A stretch of DNA of 57,201 bases from Christensenellaceae bacterium. Lineage in GTDB: Bacteria > Bacillota > Clostridia > Christensenellales > Christensenellaceae. Shown here in pieces: positions 1 through 8,621 of the stretch (within the stretch, counting starts at the first letter, position 1; every line of letters starts with the position of its first letter). The stretch spans positions 1 through 57,201 of the forward strand of contig JBMNTU010000001.1 in assembly GCA_050945895.1 (NCBI GenBank). Reading direction: 5' to 3'. The position numbers and the translations under genes are program-made. A model generated the notes under the pieces. It was given only the letters and a program-made list of their open reading frames with translations, was not told the origin of the DNA and did not search any database.

Positions 1-277
1 TCTTTCAGTTCTTTGTTTCCAAATCACTGGCATTTTTTTGGTACTGTATGCTTTTTTCAAGGTTCCCCGCCTAAAAGGCGGCTCATTCATAATACCAAAT
101 CCATCCTCCCATGTCAATAACTTTTTCGCATATATAGGTGTTTTTGTTACTTCATAAGACACTCTTTTCGCTTGACTTTCTCGTGTAGATTTTATACTAT
201 AAATTTAAGTAATGTATTTTTTCAATTCGGCTTCACTTCTTAAATCTAGTGCAATGTTGCCCAAGGGGGAATAAAAT

Positions 278-1090
278 ATGGAACATACAGATCAATACGA
301 CCTCGAAAAATTGAAGGCGCAGTCGGGTGACGGCCCGCTTCCACACGTTATTTTCAAACTTCAGGAATCACAGTATGCCATATCCAGCACCCATGTATTG
401 CACATTCAAAAATTGGAGCAGGTTATTCCCATTGTAGGCACAGGCCCGTTTGTACGCGGTACAGTGTTGTTCAACGGCATGACCGTTCCAGTGTACGAGC
501 TTCGCACAATGTTTGGCATGAGCGATCTTGGTGCCGAGCTGGATGCATTTATGCAGCAGCGCATCACCGATCACGAAAACTGGGTCGCGGCGCTTGAAGC
601 CTCCATCGAAAACAACACAAACTTTACATTGACGACCGATCCCCACCAGTGTGCATTCGGAAAGTGGCTAGACAATTTTCATTCCGACAACAGCTATCTT
701 ACAATGCACCTTCATTCGGTAGATGAGCCGCATAAGGCCGTCCACCAGACGGGTGAAACCGTTAAAAGATTGATGGCGGCAGGCAATAAAGAAGCAGCAA
801 AAGAAGCCGTTGAAGAAATGAAAAACACTCATTTTAAAAGAACGCTGGAAATTCTCAGCCAGGTCAGCGATGTTTACAAGGAATCCTCCAAGGAAATGCT
901 TGTCATCATACAAGTTGGCGACGCAATAAAAGGCCTGATCGTAGACTTTATCAGCGGCATCGGCGTGCTGAACGATTTTTGCGAGATGCCTCCTAATATG
1001 GAAAAAAGCCAGTATATCAGCCAAATCGCCAAACAAAAAAGAGGCAACACGACCGATATCATTCAAATCCTCGACCCCTTCATGCTGTAG
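278..1090 (+). CDS. CheW-like coupling protein with a CZB (chemoreceptor zinc-binding) domain inserted inside the CheW fold
   Basis: The N-terminal CheW strands (VIFKLQESQYAISSTHVLHI..VRGTVLFNGMTVPVYELRTMFGM) and C-terminal CheW strands (MLVIIQVGDAIKGLIVDFISGIGVL..IIQILD) align with the canonical CheW at 30173-30664. They flank a helical insert carrying the CZB 3His/1Cys signature (DHENW .. CAFGKW .. HKAVH). The SD AAGGGGGA lies 7 nt before the ATG. Confidence 0.8.
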   Translation: MEHTDQYDLEKLKAQSGDGPLPHVIFKLQESQYAISSTHVLHIQKLEQVIPIVGTGPFVRGTVLFNGMTVPVYELRTMFGMSDLGAELDAFMQQRITDHENWVAALEASIENNTNFTLTTDPHQCAFGKWLDNFHSDNSYLTMHLHSVDEPHKAVHQTGETVKRLMAAGNKEAAKEAVEEMKNTHFKRTLEILSQVSDVYKESSKEMLVIIQVGDAIKGLIVDFISGIGVLNDFCEMPPNMEKSQYISQIAKQKRGNTTDIIQILDPFML

Positions 1091-1093
1091 CCG

Positions 1094-1906
1094 TCACATC
1101 AAATACTGTTTTTTGTAAAGCTTGACGCCGTCTGTTATTGCCGCGGCAATTTGCTGCTGGTATTCTTCCTCCTGCAAAAGCCGTTCTTCCCGTTCGTTAG
1201 ACATAAACCCGCATTCCACCGTGCAGCTCGGCTGGCTGCCCGGCTTTAAAAGCTGGTACGCTACGGGCAGCGCCATACGCGGCGTCTCCGGCCCAAGCGA
1301 TTGGTTCATCATTTCTTGGATGGCGACTGCCAGCCGCTTTCCAACAGAACCCTGCTCCACAAAAAACACCTGCGGTCCGCTCGCCGCTTCATCGTCAAAT
1401 TCATTTTGATGCACGCTAATAAACATATCTGCACTCGATTCCAAAATAATGCGTTCGCGCTCGGCCATGTCTTCTTCCTTTGTCGGCGCAATGGCATCAT
1501 CGTCCTGCCGTGTCATAATTACCTCCGCACCGTTTTCGGCCAGCAACGCCTCCAGCTTTTGCGCAATTTCCAAGTTAATCTCCTTTTCATACCGCCCGCT
1601 AAATCTTCCAATACAGCCTATATCGTCTCCGCCGTGGCCGGCGTCTACAATAATCGTCAGGCCTTCTAACCGTATATCCGAAAGCGCCTGTTCTCCCACC
1701 TGCGCTGTTTGCAGTTCTGTTTGCAGCTGCCGCTGTTCGCCGGACACCCTGTCTGTTTTTTGCGAACGGTCTGCATAAATACCAAACCGAATGACCAGCA
1801 GCCCCACCGCAACACATACTGCAATCGCAATGATGCGTACAAAACGTTTTGTAACGCGCAGCTTCTTTTTTTTCCTGCGTTCCATCCTGCTTGGCGTTTT
1901 TTCCAT
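1094..1906 (-). CDS. N-acetylmuramoyl-L-alanine amidase (Amidase_3, CwlD-like), membrane anchored
   Basis: Motifs IIVDAGHGGDDIG, EKEINLEIAQKL and ISVHQNEF are present, with an N-terminal basic stretch plus TM helix (IIAIAVCVAVGLLVI). The start is set at ATG 1906 (GGGAG upstream); the longest ORF extends to 1948. Confidence 0.8.
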   Translation of the reverse strand: MEKTPSRMERRKKKKLRVTKRFVRIIAIAVCVAVGLLVIRFGIYADRSQKTDRVSGEQRQLQTELQTAQVGEQALSDIRLEGLTIIVDAGHGGDDIGCIGRFSGRYEKEINLEIAQKLEALLAENGAEVIMTRQDDDAIAPTKEEDMAERERIILESSADMFISVHQNEFDDEAASGPQVFFVEQGSVGKRLAVAIQEMMNQSLGPETPRMALPVAYQLLKPGSQPSCTVECGFMSNEREERLLQEEEYQQQIAAAITDGVKLYKKQYLM

Positions 1907-2053
1907 ATGCACACTCCCATCTTTTCCAATGATTCCAGTGTACAACAAGCGCTGGTCAAAAACGTCATGGATTCGTAAATGTTTTGTAACAATCTGGGAA
2001 AAACGCCCCTATACTCGACCCTTTTACCGCGGCCTTCGGATATTGGCTCTTAT

Positions 2054-2752
2054 TTATCGCCAAAAAATCAGGCCTGCTACAACAAGCCCGCAGGCAAGGG
2101 CAACAAACAGGCGATCCTTTACCCCGACCTTTAATGCATAATACTGCGTGCGCTCCCCTTTTTCCGGAAACCCCTTGGATTCCATTGCCGCAGAAAGCGC
2201 CTCCGACCACCGCACAGACTTTACCAACAACGGCACCAGCAGCCTGGGCGACACTGTCCCCGGAAATATTCCCCGTGCATAAAACGCAGCCCGTGTCCGC
2301 TTGTATTCCAGCCGCATATTGGGCAGCATACCCCATGCCGCCAAAATGCCATAGGCAAAGCGCGCGGGCAGCTTTAGCTGCTGTTCAAACGAACGCACCA
2401 GCTCCATTTTGTCCGTCGTCAGAATAAACAACATACCCAGCCCGGCAAACGCCAGCACCCTGGACGAAAGCTGCAGCCCGTTGAGTATGCGCGCATCCGT
2501 CAGTACGCCGCGTGCGATGCCAAGGTGCGCGCCGCTGCCCATATGGTAGCCGGTCATAAACATAGAGACTGCTACAACCGCAATGGGGATAAGAATAATG
2601 CCCACCGTTTTGGGTTTTGCCCCTCCCCAAAAAAGCAGTGCCATACACACGAAAAAAACCGCAATATTGAGCCCCGGCCGGTAGAACAGCGCCAACAGTA
2701 TCGTTGCCGCCAGTATGCCGACCAGCTTGCACGATGGGTTAATACTTTTCAA
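2054..2752 (-). CDS. ykoC: ECF transporter transmembrane (T) component, EcfT/CbiQ family
   Basis: This is a polytopic membrane protein that overlaps the upstream duplicated ATPase gene by 14 nt. It is the last gene of the TPP-riboswitch operon. Confidence 0.7.
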   Translation of the reverse strand: MKSINPSCKLVGILAATILLALFYRPGLNIAVFFVCMALLFWGGAKPKTVGIILIPIAVVAVSMFMTGYHMGSGAHLGIARGVLTDARILNGLQLSSRVLAFAGLGMLFILTTDKMELVRSFEQQLKLPARFAYGILAAWGMLPNMRLEYKRTRAAFYARGIFPGTVSPRLLVPLLVKSVRWSEALSAAMESKGFPEKGERTQYYALKVGVKDRLFVALACGLVVAGLIFWR

Positions 2753-4181
2753 ACAACCTTCCCTCTTTCATTTCGTAGACATGGTCGGCAAAATCGGCCG
2801 CCAGCTTTTGGTCGTGGGTCGAGAAGATCAGCGTCAACCCCTCTTCCGCTACCATCCTCTGTAGCCCGTCCATCACCGCCAGAAGCGCTTTTAAGTCCTG
2901 GGCATAGGTTGGCTCGTCACACACCAGAATCTTGCATCTATAGGCCAGCAACGCCGCCACAGCAAGCCGTCGCTGCTGCCCCTGGCTAAGCATAAACGGA
3001 GATACCAGCCGGTAGCGCCACAGGCCAATTTCCCGCAAAATCCGTTCGGCCTCCGCTGCTGCCTGCGCTTCGTCCATATTACCCTTCAACCCAACCGTTA
3101 TTTCATCCAATACATTGGACGTAACAAACTGGTCTTGCGGGCTTTGGAATACAAATCCTATTTTGTGCCCCATTTTCTTGCGGGGTATTTTTTTCAGTTC
3201 CTGCCCGTCTACGCGAATGCTGCCGTTATATTTGTGCAGCCTGCACAGCGTGTTGAAAAACGTGCTTTTGCCGCTGCCGCTTTTGCCGGTAACCGCATAA
3301 ACCTGTCCGCTGTAAAACGCCGCGCCTGCGCCGCGCAAAACCTCGCACCCGTCTATATTTACGGTAACGCCTGCAAGCTCCAGCGCTTTCGTTTTCCCCG
3401 CATGCGGCTTTGGCGGCTTTTGCGCCTGATAACGCACCCCGGGCACTGCCACGCCTTCTGCCGCAAGCTCTGCTTGGGGCAGGTTTGCCGGGTCCATGCC
3501 CCGGCGCCCTACCCTGCCGCCCGGTTTTAGCAAAACGACTTCGTCCGCAACTTCCGTCCAGTGCCCCAAATGATGGTCTACCGCAACGATTCCCGTACCA
3601 AAAACATCGCACATTTTCCGCAGCTTTGCCGCAAGCTCTGCCGCCGCATCCGGGTCGATGTTGGCAAACGGCTCGTCCAGCAGCAAATATTCCGGCCTCA
3701 GCGCCACGATGCACGCCAGCATTGCCTTTTGCTTTTCCCCGCCCGAAAGCGTGGCCAGCTTTCTGTCCAGCAAGCGGGGGATCCCGCAGAAATCCACCGC
3801 TTTCGCAATGATTTCGTCCATGCTGGCCGGGTCTTCACCAATGTTCTCCAAACAGAAAATGAGCTCATTTTTTACCGTATCCATGCAAAACTGCAAATCG
3901 GGGTTCTGAAACACCATGCCTACCCGTTTTGCCCGCACAGGAGGCGGCAGACTGCCAATCTTCTCCCCCGACACAGTAACGCATCCCTGCTTCAGTACGC
4001 CCGTATGCCCGGGATAGATTCCCGCCGCCACATACAAAAGCGTGCTTTTTCCGCAGCCGGACGGCCCGGTCAAAACAGTAATCTTGCCTTGCTCAATTTC
4101 CAGGTTTACGTTTTCAAGCGCATTGTGCTTGCCCCGCTCAGAATAGGAAAAGCACACGTTTTTCCAAACGATTCCCGCCAT
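2739..4181 (-). CDS. ykoD: ECF transporter ATPase with two fused ABC cassettes
   Basis: One chain carries two Walker A motifs (GPSGCGKST, GKSGSGKST) and two ABC signatures (LSGGEKQ, LSQGQQRR). Confidence 0.85.
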   Translation of the reverse strand: MAGIVWKNVCFSYSERGKHNALENVNLEIEQGKITVLTGPSGCGKSTLLYVAAGIYPGHTGVLKQGCVTVSGEKIGSLPPPVRAKRVGMVFQNPDLQFCMDTVKNELIFCLENIGEDPASMDEIIAKAVDFCGIPRLLDRKLATLSGGEKQKAMLACIVALRPEYLLLDEPFANIDPDAAAELAAKLRKMCDVFGTGIVAVDHHLGHWTEVADEVVLLKPGGRVGRRGMDPANLPQAELAAEGVAVPGVRYQAQKPPKPHAGKTKALELAGVTVNIDGCEVLRGAGAAFYSGQVYAVTGKSGSGKSTFFNTLCRLHKYNGSIRVDGQELKKIPRKKMGHKIGFVFQSPQDQFVTSNVLDEITVGLKGNMDEAQAAAEAERILREIGLWRYRLVSPFMLSQGQQRRLAVAALLAYRCKILVCDEPTYAQDLKALLAVMDGLQRMVAEEGLTLIFSTHDQKLAADFADHVYEMKEGRLFEKY

Positions 4182-4182
4182 G

Positions 4183-5067
4183 CTATCTTCCCAAAAACTC
4201 GTTGGTAAACTCGCGCGCCGTGCGCCGTGGAATCAGTTTTTCTTCCACCATCCAGTCTGCCAGGTTGTTCCAGCGTTCCGGTTTCATATATCCCCAATGG
4301 CCGGTGTCGTCCAAATACAGCCCCGATACATATTCCTGGCTTTGCCGGATCATCGCTTCGTTTCCTTCTCCCGCGTGCCGCAGGATAATTGCCGCGCCCA
4401 GCTCCGGATCGTTTGCGGCCGCAATATAGCCTTCATCTGTCGCGCCGAGGAAAGCGCGCAGCGCCGCCGGGTCGCCGTCTATCAGCGCGTGTTTTGCCGT
4501 TACCGCGGGTGCGCAGAAGTTGAACAGGTCGCCAAAGTCCGCAAACGCAAAATAGTTGACGTCGTAGCCCGCTTCCTTCATTACAAAGTATTCCCAGTTT
4601 TTATAAATCCAAACCGCATCCGCTTCTTCTTTTTTCCCCAGCGTAGTTTCAATGTCGCCCACATCCTGCTGAATAAGCCGCACTTTGCCATAATCTCCGC
4701 CGTCGTCGTTCACCGCTTTTCCCACAACTTTATGAAACCACTCCGGCTTCCAGTGCGTCAGCCGTTTGCCTGTCAAATCGCGCGGCCGCTCGATTCCGCT
4801 TTTCGCAAGCGATAGTATGCCCGAATCGCACCGCTGGGTGAGGACGGCAACCGCCGTAATCGCCTCTCCTGCCGCCATACCCGTCAGCAGCGTCGGCTGG
4901 GGAGACACAACAATATCCGCATCCCCCACCGTCATCTCGCCATGTACCTTGCCCAATATTTCCACATCCAGCCCCGCTTTTTTATACAAGCCTTTTTCCA
5001 GCGCCACAAAAAGGCCTGTGTGGTTTGTGTTGGCAAACCAATCCAATACTACTTTTATCTTTTTCAT
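4183..5067 (-). CDS. NMT1/THI5-like (ThiY-like) pyrimidine-precursor binding protein or enzyme, no export signal
   Basis: The N-terminus KVVLDWFANTNHTGLFVALEKGLYKKAGLDVEI is typical of the NMT1/THI5 fold. No signal peptide or lipobox is present. The gene sits inside the TPP-riboswitch operon. Confidence 0.7.
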   Translation of the reverse strand: MKKIKVVLDWFANTNHTGLFVALEKGLYKKAGLDVEILGKVHGEMTVGDADIVVSPQPTLLTGMAAGEAITAVAVLTQRCDSGILSLAKSGIERPRDLTGKRLTHWKPEWFHKVVGKAVNDDGGDYGKVRLIQQDVGDIETTLGKKEEADAVWIYKNWEYFVMKEAGYDVNYFAFADFGDLFNFCAPAVTAKHALIDGDPAALRAFLGATDEGYIAAANDPELGAAIILRHAGEGNEAMIRQSQEYVSGLYLDDTGHWGYMKPERWNNLADWMVEEKLIPRRTAREFTNEFLGR

Positions 5068-5128
5068 TGCTATTTCCTCTTTTCATCGAATTTTTTGTAC
5101 CATCTGCACACCTGCTGGGCAAAACGTG

Positions 5129-5731
5129 TCAGTCGTCCAGCACCTCTGCCGGCCGCATGCGCATGCCCAGCTCATAGCTTTTAAGCACGCCCGTTTTTGC
5201 CAGCCCATCCCCCGTTTTTTTGCTGATTACCCCGGCAAACAGCACCGCTGTGGCAATTCGCACACCAAGCATAACGACCAACAGGCCAGCGTCAATCAGC
5301 CCAAAGCCCGCCTGGATGAACCCAAATGCAAAGCTGATGAGCGCCGCAAAAATACCCGACATACACATGCTCAGCATGTCGTAGCGCTTATAGCGAAACA
5401 CCGTAAACCCAAGCTCGCAACCCAATCCCTGCATCGCGCCGGACAGCAGCACCATCGGCCCGCCCGAGTTTCCCATCAGCATTTCCAAAAATGCTGCCAA
5501 AAATTCCGTTACAATTGCCACGCCCGGCTTTTGTATAATATACATAGCCAGCGTGGCTCCCATAAACCAAATGCCGTAAAAGATTTCGAAGCCCAGCGTG
5601 CCCAGTCCATACGGCGTAAGCACTGCCGTTACCCCCAGCCCCGCATACAGCACCGCCAGGTAAATAACGGCGAAAATGACCCCTAAAATGCCTACCATAA
5701 TGATGTCCTTCAGCTTCCAGCGATATGTCAT
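5129..5731 (-). CDS. ykoE: ECF transporter substrate-specific (S) component, YkoE-like (thiamine/HMP)
   Basis: This small multi-TM protein is the first gene after the TPP riboswitch. The start is set at ATG 5731 behind AAGGAGGAG; the longest ORF to 5824 would run into the riboswitch terminator. Confidence 0.7.
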   Translation of the reverse strand: MTYRWKLKDIIMVGILGVIFAVIYLAVLYAGLGVTAVLTPYGLGTLGFEIFYGIWFMGATLAMYIIQKPGVAIVTEFLAAFLEMLMGNSGGPMVLLSGAMQGLGCELGFTVFRYKRYDMLSMCMSGIFAALISFAFGFIQAGFGLIDAGLLVVMLGVRIATAVLFAGVISKKTGDGLAKTGVLKSYELGMRMRPAEVLDD

Positions 5732-5794
5732 GTGTCTCCTCCTTGTTTTTCGGGGAGCGCAGCCCGGGCTTTCCCATATTAGGTTTGTCTGCAA

Positions 5795-5837
5795 TGAAAA
5801 GAAAAACGTTCTTTCCATACACAAACGAAAAGAACGT
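5795..5837 (-). terminator. Intrinsic terminator forming the expression platform of the TPP riboswitch
   Basis: The minus strand reads ACGTTCTTT-tcgtttgtgtatgg-AAAGAACGT followed by TTTTTCTTTTC, which is a 9-bp perfect stem plus a U-run. It lies between the aptamer and the ykoE SD. Confidence 0.7.
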
Positions 5838-5845
5838 AAGAATAC

Positions 5846-5940
5846 TTACTATCTCCCTCCGCCGGTATGAACCGGATCAGGTTCCATGGGTAAAGACTTC
5901 TGGTCTACTCTCAGCCGCCAAATACGCGACTCCCCGTTTT
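5846..5940 (-). promoter_or_regulatory. TPP (THI-box) riboswitch aptamer
   Basis: The minus strand reads CGGGGAGTCGCG..GGCGGCTGAGAGTAGACC..CTTTACCC..GAACCTGATCCGGTTCATACCGGCGGAGGGA. This contains the conserved CUGAGA and ACCUGAUCCGG..ACCGGCG.AGGGA cores. Confidence 0.9.
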
Positions 5941-5990
5941 ATATTGTTTTATAAACTATAGCAGAAAGCGTTTTCTCTGTCAAACAGAGA

Positions 5991-6737
5991 TCAATACTGC
6001 ATCCCCGCATACCGCAGCACCCTGTCCGCATAATCGCGGATAGACTGCGGAACTTTTTCCAGATATTCCGCGCTATTGCTGCTTGTTACGCCATACCGCG
6101 CAATTTTGCCCGGGCCGGTGTTGTATGCTGCAAGCGCCAGCTTTACATCGCCGCCATACCGTTCCACAAGCTTATGAACATATTCCACGCCGCCCAAAAT
6201 GTTCTGGCGCGAATCAAACACATCCGTAACACCCACTTCTGCCGCTGTCTCGGGCATCAGCTGCATCAGCCCCTTCGCCCCGGCGTACGAAACACATTCG
6301 TTATTAAAGTCAGACTCGGCCTTCATAATCCCCAAAATCAAATTCACCGGCATGCCGTATGTTTCACTTGCTTCGTTGACATACTGCATATATTGCGCAC
6401 CCTTGGAAAAATCCCCCGATGCGGTAATAACAGGATATCCGGCATAAAGGGAAGATGACGCCGTTTCCGGCATACCGCAAATCAGGCAATACCTACCGGT
6501 CATATCTGCGTGCCCGGCATAGCTTTGCCCGTTTAGCTGCGTAACCATATTCAGTTCGCCGTTCTGCGCATTTGTCCCGGTAGCCGCATCGGTGTTTGTG
6601 TTCGCCGTCTGCTTGGGCGCATAAGAACCCAGCTTTTCGTTGAGCACTGCCTGAAACATCGCCTGCGGGCGGTTTTCAAGGCTTTTGATCCGCGCTTGTA
6701 TTTCCGACATTCGGCCGCTTATTCCGTTAATCCCCAA
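5991..6737 (-). CDS. Lytic transglycosylase (SLT domain) without a signal peptide
   Basis: The SLT catalytic region reads LILGIMKAESDFNNECVSYAGAKGLMQLMPETA ... AAYNTGPG. There is no hydrophobic N-terminus. The TTG start lies 3 nt after the cheR stop, with GGAGAAGG inside the cheR 3' end. Confidence 0.8.
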   Translation of the reverse strand: MGINGISGRMSEIQARIKSLENRPQAMFQAVLNEKLGSYAPKQTANTNTDAATGTNAQNGELNMVTQLNGQSYAGHADMTGRYCLICGMPETASSSLYAGYPVITASGDFSKGAQYMQYVNEASETYGMPVNLILGIMKAESDFNNECVSYAGAKGLMQLMPETAAEVGVTDVFDSRQNILGGVEYVHKLVERYGGDVKLALAAYNTGPGKIARYGVTSSNSAEYLEKVPQSIRDYADRVLRYAGMQY

Positions 6738-6740
6738 CCT

Positions 6741-7583
6741 TTACCTTCTCCTCTCCGATTTCCTGTATATGGAAGGACGCACATATGTAAACAGGTCATT
6801 ATCGTTCAGCAGGTTTTCCGACATACCAATAATCAGATATCCGCCCGGCATCAGGCTGTCCGCAAAACGCCTCGCCAGGTTGCGCCTCGTATCGGCATCA
6901 AAATAAATCATAACATTCCGGCAGAATATTACATGGAATTTCCTCCGGAATTTAAATGTCGGCTCCATCAGGTTGAACTTGCGGAAAATAACCTCTTTTT
7001 TGATGGATTGCTTTACCTGGTATGCGTCATCGCCAATTTTATCAAAATATTTCGTTTCCCAGCTCTTGGGAATCTTCGAAATATGCCCGTGCTCATAGAC
7101 GCCATTTTTTGCCAGCGCCAGCACCTTTTCCGAAATATCCGTTGCCAAAACGCGCGTGTCCAGTCCGTTTTTTCTTGCTCCAAAGTAATCGTCCAAGCAC
7201 ATCGCCAGCGTATATGGCTCCTCCCCCGAAGAACAGCCCGCACTCCAAATCGCCAGATTTCCATCCCTAATCCGGGGAACAAACTCCGGCAGAATCACCT
7301 TGGATAAGAACTCAAAGTGCTGCTCGTCACGCATAAAGTAGGTAAAGTTTGTCGTCAGCTTAGAAACAAGAAACGATACCTCCGTGTCCGACTGGCTGGT
7401 CATCAGGTAGTCAATGTATTCCGCAAAGCTTTTATACCCTTTTTGCGTTAGCGTATTGGAAAGACGGCCCTCTATCAGCGTGCGCTTCTGGGCCAGGTTC
7501 AGTCCAAAGTTGTTGTACATATAATCACGAAGTTTTATAAAATCAGCATCTGTAAGTTGCATAGAATTTTCCCACTGCCTCAC
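6741..7583 (-). CDS. cheR: Chemotaxis protein methyltransferase CheR
   Basis: The CheR N-terminal helical domain (DFIKLRDYMYNNFGLNL) and SAM-binding region (IWSAGCSSGEEPYTLAM .. FCRNVMIYFD) are present. An alternative ATG start exists at 7562. Confidence 0.9.
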   Translation of the reverse strand: MRQWENSMQLTDADFIKLRDYMYNNFGLNLAQKRTLIEGRLSNTLTQKGYKSFAEYIDYLMTSQSDTEVSFLVSKLTTNFTYFMRDEQHFEFLSKVILPEFVPRIRDGNLAIWSAGCSSGEEPYTLAMCLDDYFGARKNGLDTRVLATDISEKVLALAKNGVYEHGHISKIPKSWETKYFDKIGDDAYQVKQSIKKEVIFRKFNLMEPTFKFRRKFHVIFCRNVMIYFDADTRRNLARRFADSLMPGGYLIIGMSENLLNDNDLFTYVRPSIYRKSERRR

Positions 7584-7609
7584 TGTCTAAAAGTTGCCGT
7601 ACCGACATT

Positions 7610-7618
7610 ATTATACCA
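7610..7618 (-). promoter_or_regulatory. Putative sigma-A extended -10 promoter element for cheR
   Basis: The minus strand reads TGgTATAAT, and the -35 (GTTATA at 17 nt) is weak. The element lies in the DUF327-cheR spacer. Confidence 0.4.
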
Positions 7619-7685
7619 CATCCTGCCATAGTTATAACACGTTCTCCAAAAAAAATCCGATACCGGTATAGCGCCAATTTACGGA

Positions 7686-8138
7686 CTAAAAATACATGTC
7701 CACCAAAAGCCCCCGAATATCGTCTACCTCATCCAGCAGGTTGATGTTGTTTTCCTCTTGCTTTAAAACCTTTTGTGTCATTTGGTCCAGCTTTTCGTTG
7801 ATTGTTCGAATGCTGGCAAAAATTTTACTGCGGCCGCTGCTTGTAATTTTTCCCTCTTTTTGAAATACAAATCCGTTGCTCACAGTCTCATTGATAAGCT
7901 GTGTGATCATTTCCCTGTATTTTTGAAGGTCTGCCATATCGGCGCGCTTGGCCAGCTTCTGCCCCTGTTTTTCAATATCAGAAACCAGCGTTTCGATATG
8001 CTGCATATACGCAGTTTTTGTTTCATTCGAAAGCTGGCTTTTAAAAACTTTCTCATTGCTCAAATGGGCGGCACTATCGTCCGCCTCATTTCTTGGCAAC
8101 TGTTCGATTGCCATATTATTGATATTGGATATTTTCAT
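7686..8138 (-). CDS. YaaR/DUF327-family protein
   Basis: This is a 150-aa helical protein whose C-terminal DDIRGLLVDMYF tail resembles YaaR-type proteins. It is the last gene of the fliD operon. Confidence 0.55.
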   Translation of the reverse strand: MKISNINNMAIEQLPRNEADDSAAHLSNEKVFKSQLSNETKTAYMQHIETLVSDIEKQGQKLAKRADMADLQKYREMITQLINETVSNGFVFQKEGKITSSGRSKIFASIRTINEKLDQMTQKVLKQEENNINLLDEVDDIRGLLVDMYF

Positions 8139-8168
8139 AGACTGATGTGTATCTCCTGGTAGCGATGT

Positions 8169-8600
8169 CTATTTTTCCTTGTTGAAATGAGGGGCTACTT
8201 CCCCCTGCATTTGCCGCGAATATGCATCCACCACTTTTATAGAATCTTTCGCGCCTTTCAGCTTTCCCATATAAATCTGCATTGTTTTTTCAAATCCAAG
8301 TGCGTTTTGCTCTTCAATCTGCTGGATCTGCTCCATCAGTTTGTTTTCCATCCACTTGTATTTATTGCATTCTTCTTTCAGGTTTTCCGGAACCTCGCCC
8401 AATTCTGCCAGTTTTGTATTGAGCTGCTCAACCTCCGCAATAATCTGGTCACGGCTGTCTACTTCCATCTGCAATTGAGTAAGCTGCTCTTCGCCTTGCT
8501 CTTCCATCTGCAAAATATCAGTAATGCGGTCCGACGCATCCAAAAACTGCTGCAGCATATTCGTCCGTTTTATAGTCAGGTCCAAATGGTTGTTGCCCAC
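8169..8600 (-). CDS. Putative flagellar export chaperone (FliT-like by position)
   Basis: This is a 143-aa acidic helical protein directly after fliS, the position fliT occupies in fliD-fliS-fliT operons. No diagnostic motif was seen. Confidence 0.4.
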   Translation of the reverse strand: MGNNHLDLTIKRTNMLQQFLDASDRITDILQMEEQGEEQLTQLQMEVDSRDQIIAEVEQLNTKLAELGEVPENLKEECNKYKWMENKLMEQIQQIEEQNALGFEKTMQIYMGKLKGAKDSIKVVDAYSRQMQGEVAPHFNKEK

Positions 8601-8621
8601 AATATATCCTCTTTACTATAT

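Noticed and set aside
65-83. A short hairpin CCGCC-taaaa-GGCGG near the left edge.
   Set aside because: It is only a 5-bp stem with no U-run on either strand, and the context is truncated by the window edge.
1088-1096. The convergent stop codons of the CheW-CZB gene and the amidase gene lie only 3 nt apart, with no terminator between them.
   Set aside because: The arrangement is real, but tight convergent gene ends are common. Nothing in the sequence points to a specific mechanism beyond overlapping 3' UTRs.
7640-7670. The palindrome ATACCGGTAT followed by T8 on the minus strand after the DUF327 gene, as a possible terminator.
   Set aside because: The palindrome leaves essentially no loop, so the usable stem is only about 3-4 bp. 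It may be a weak terminator but cannot be supported.
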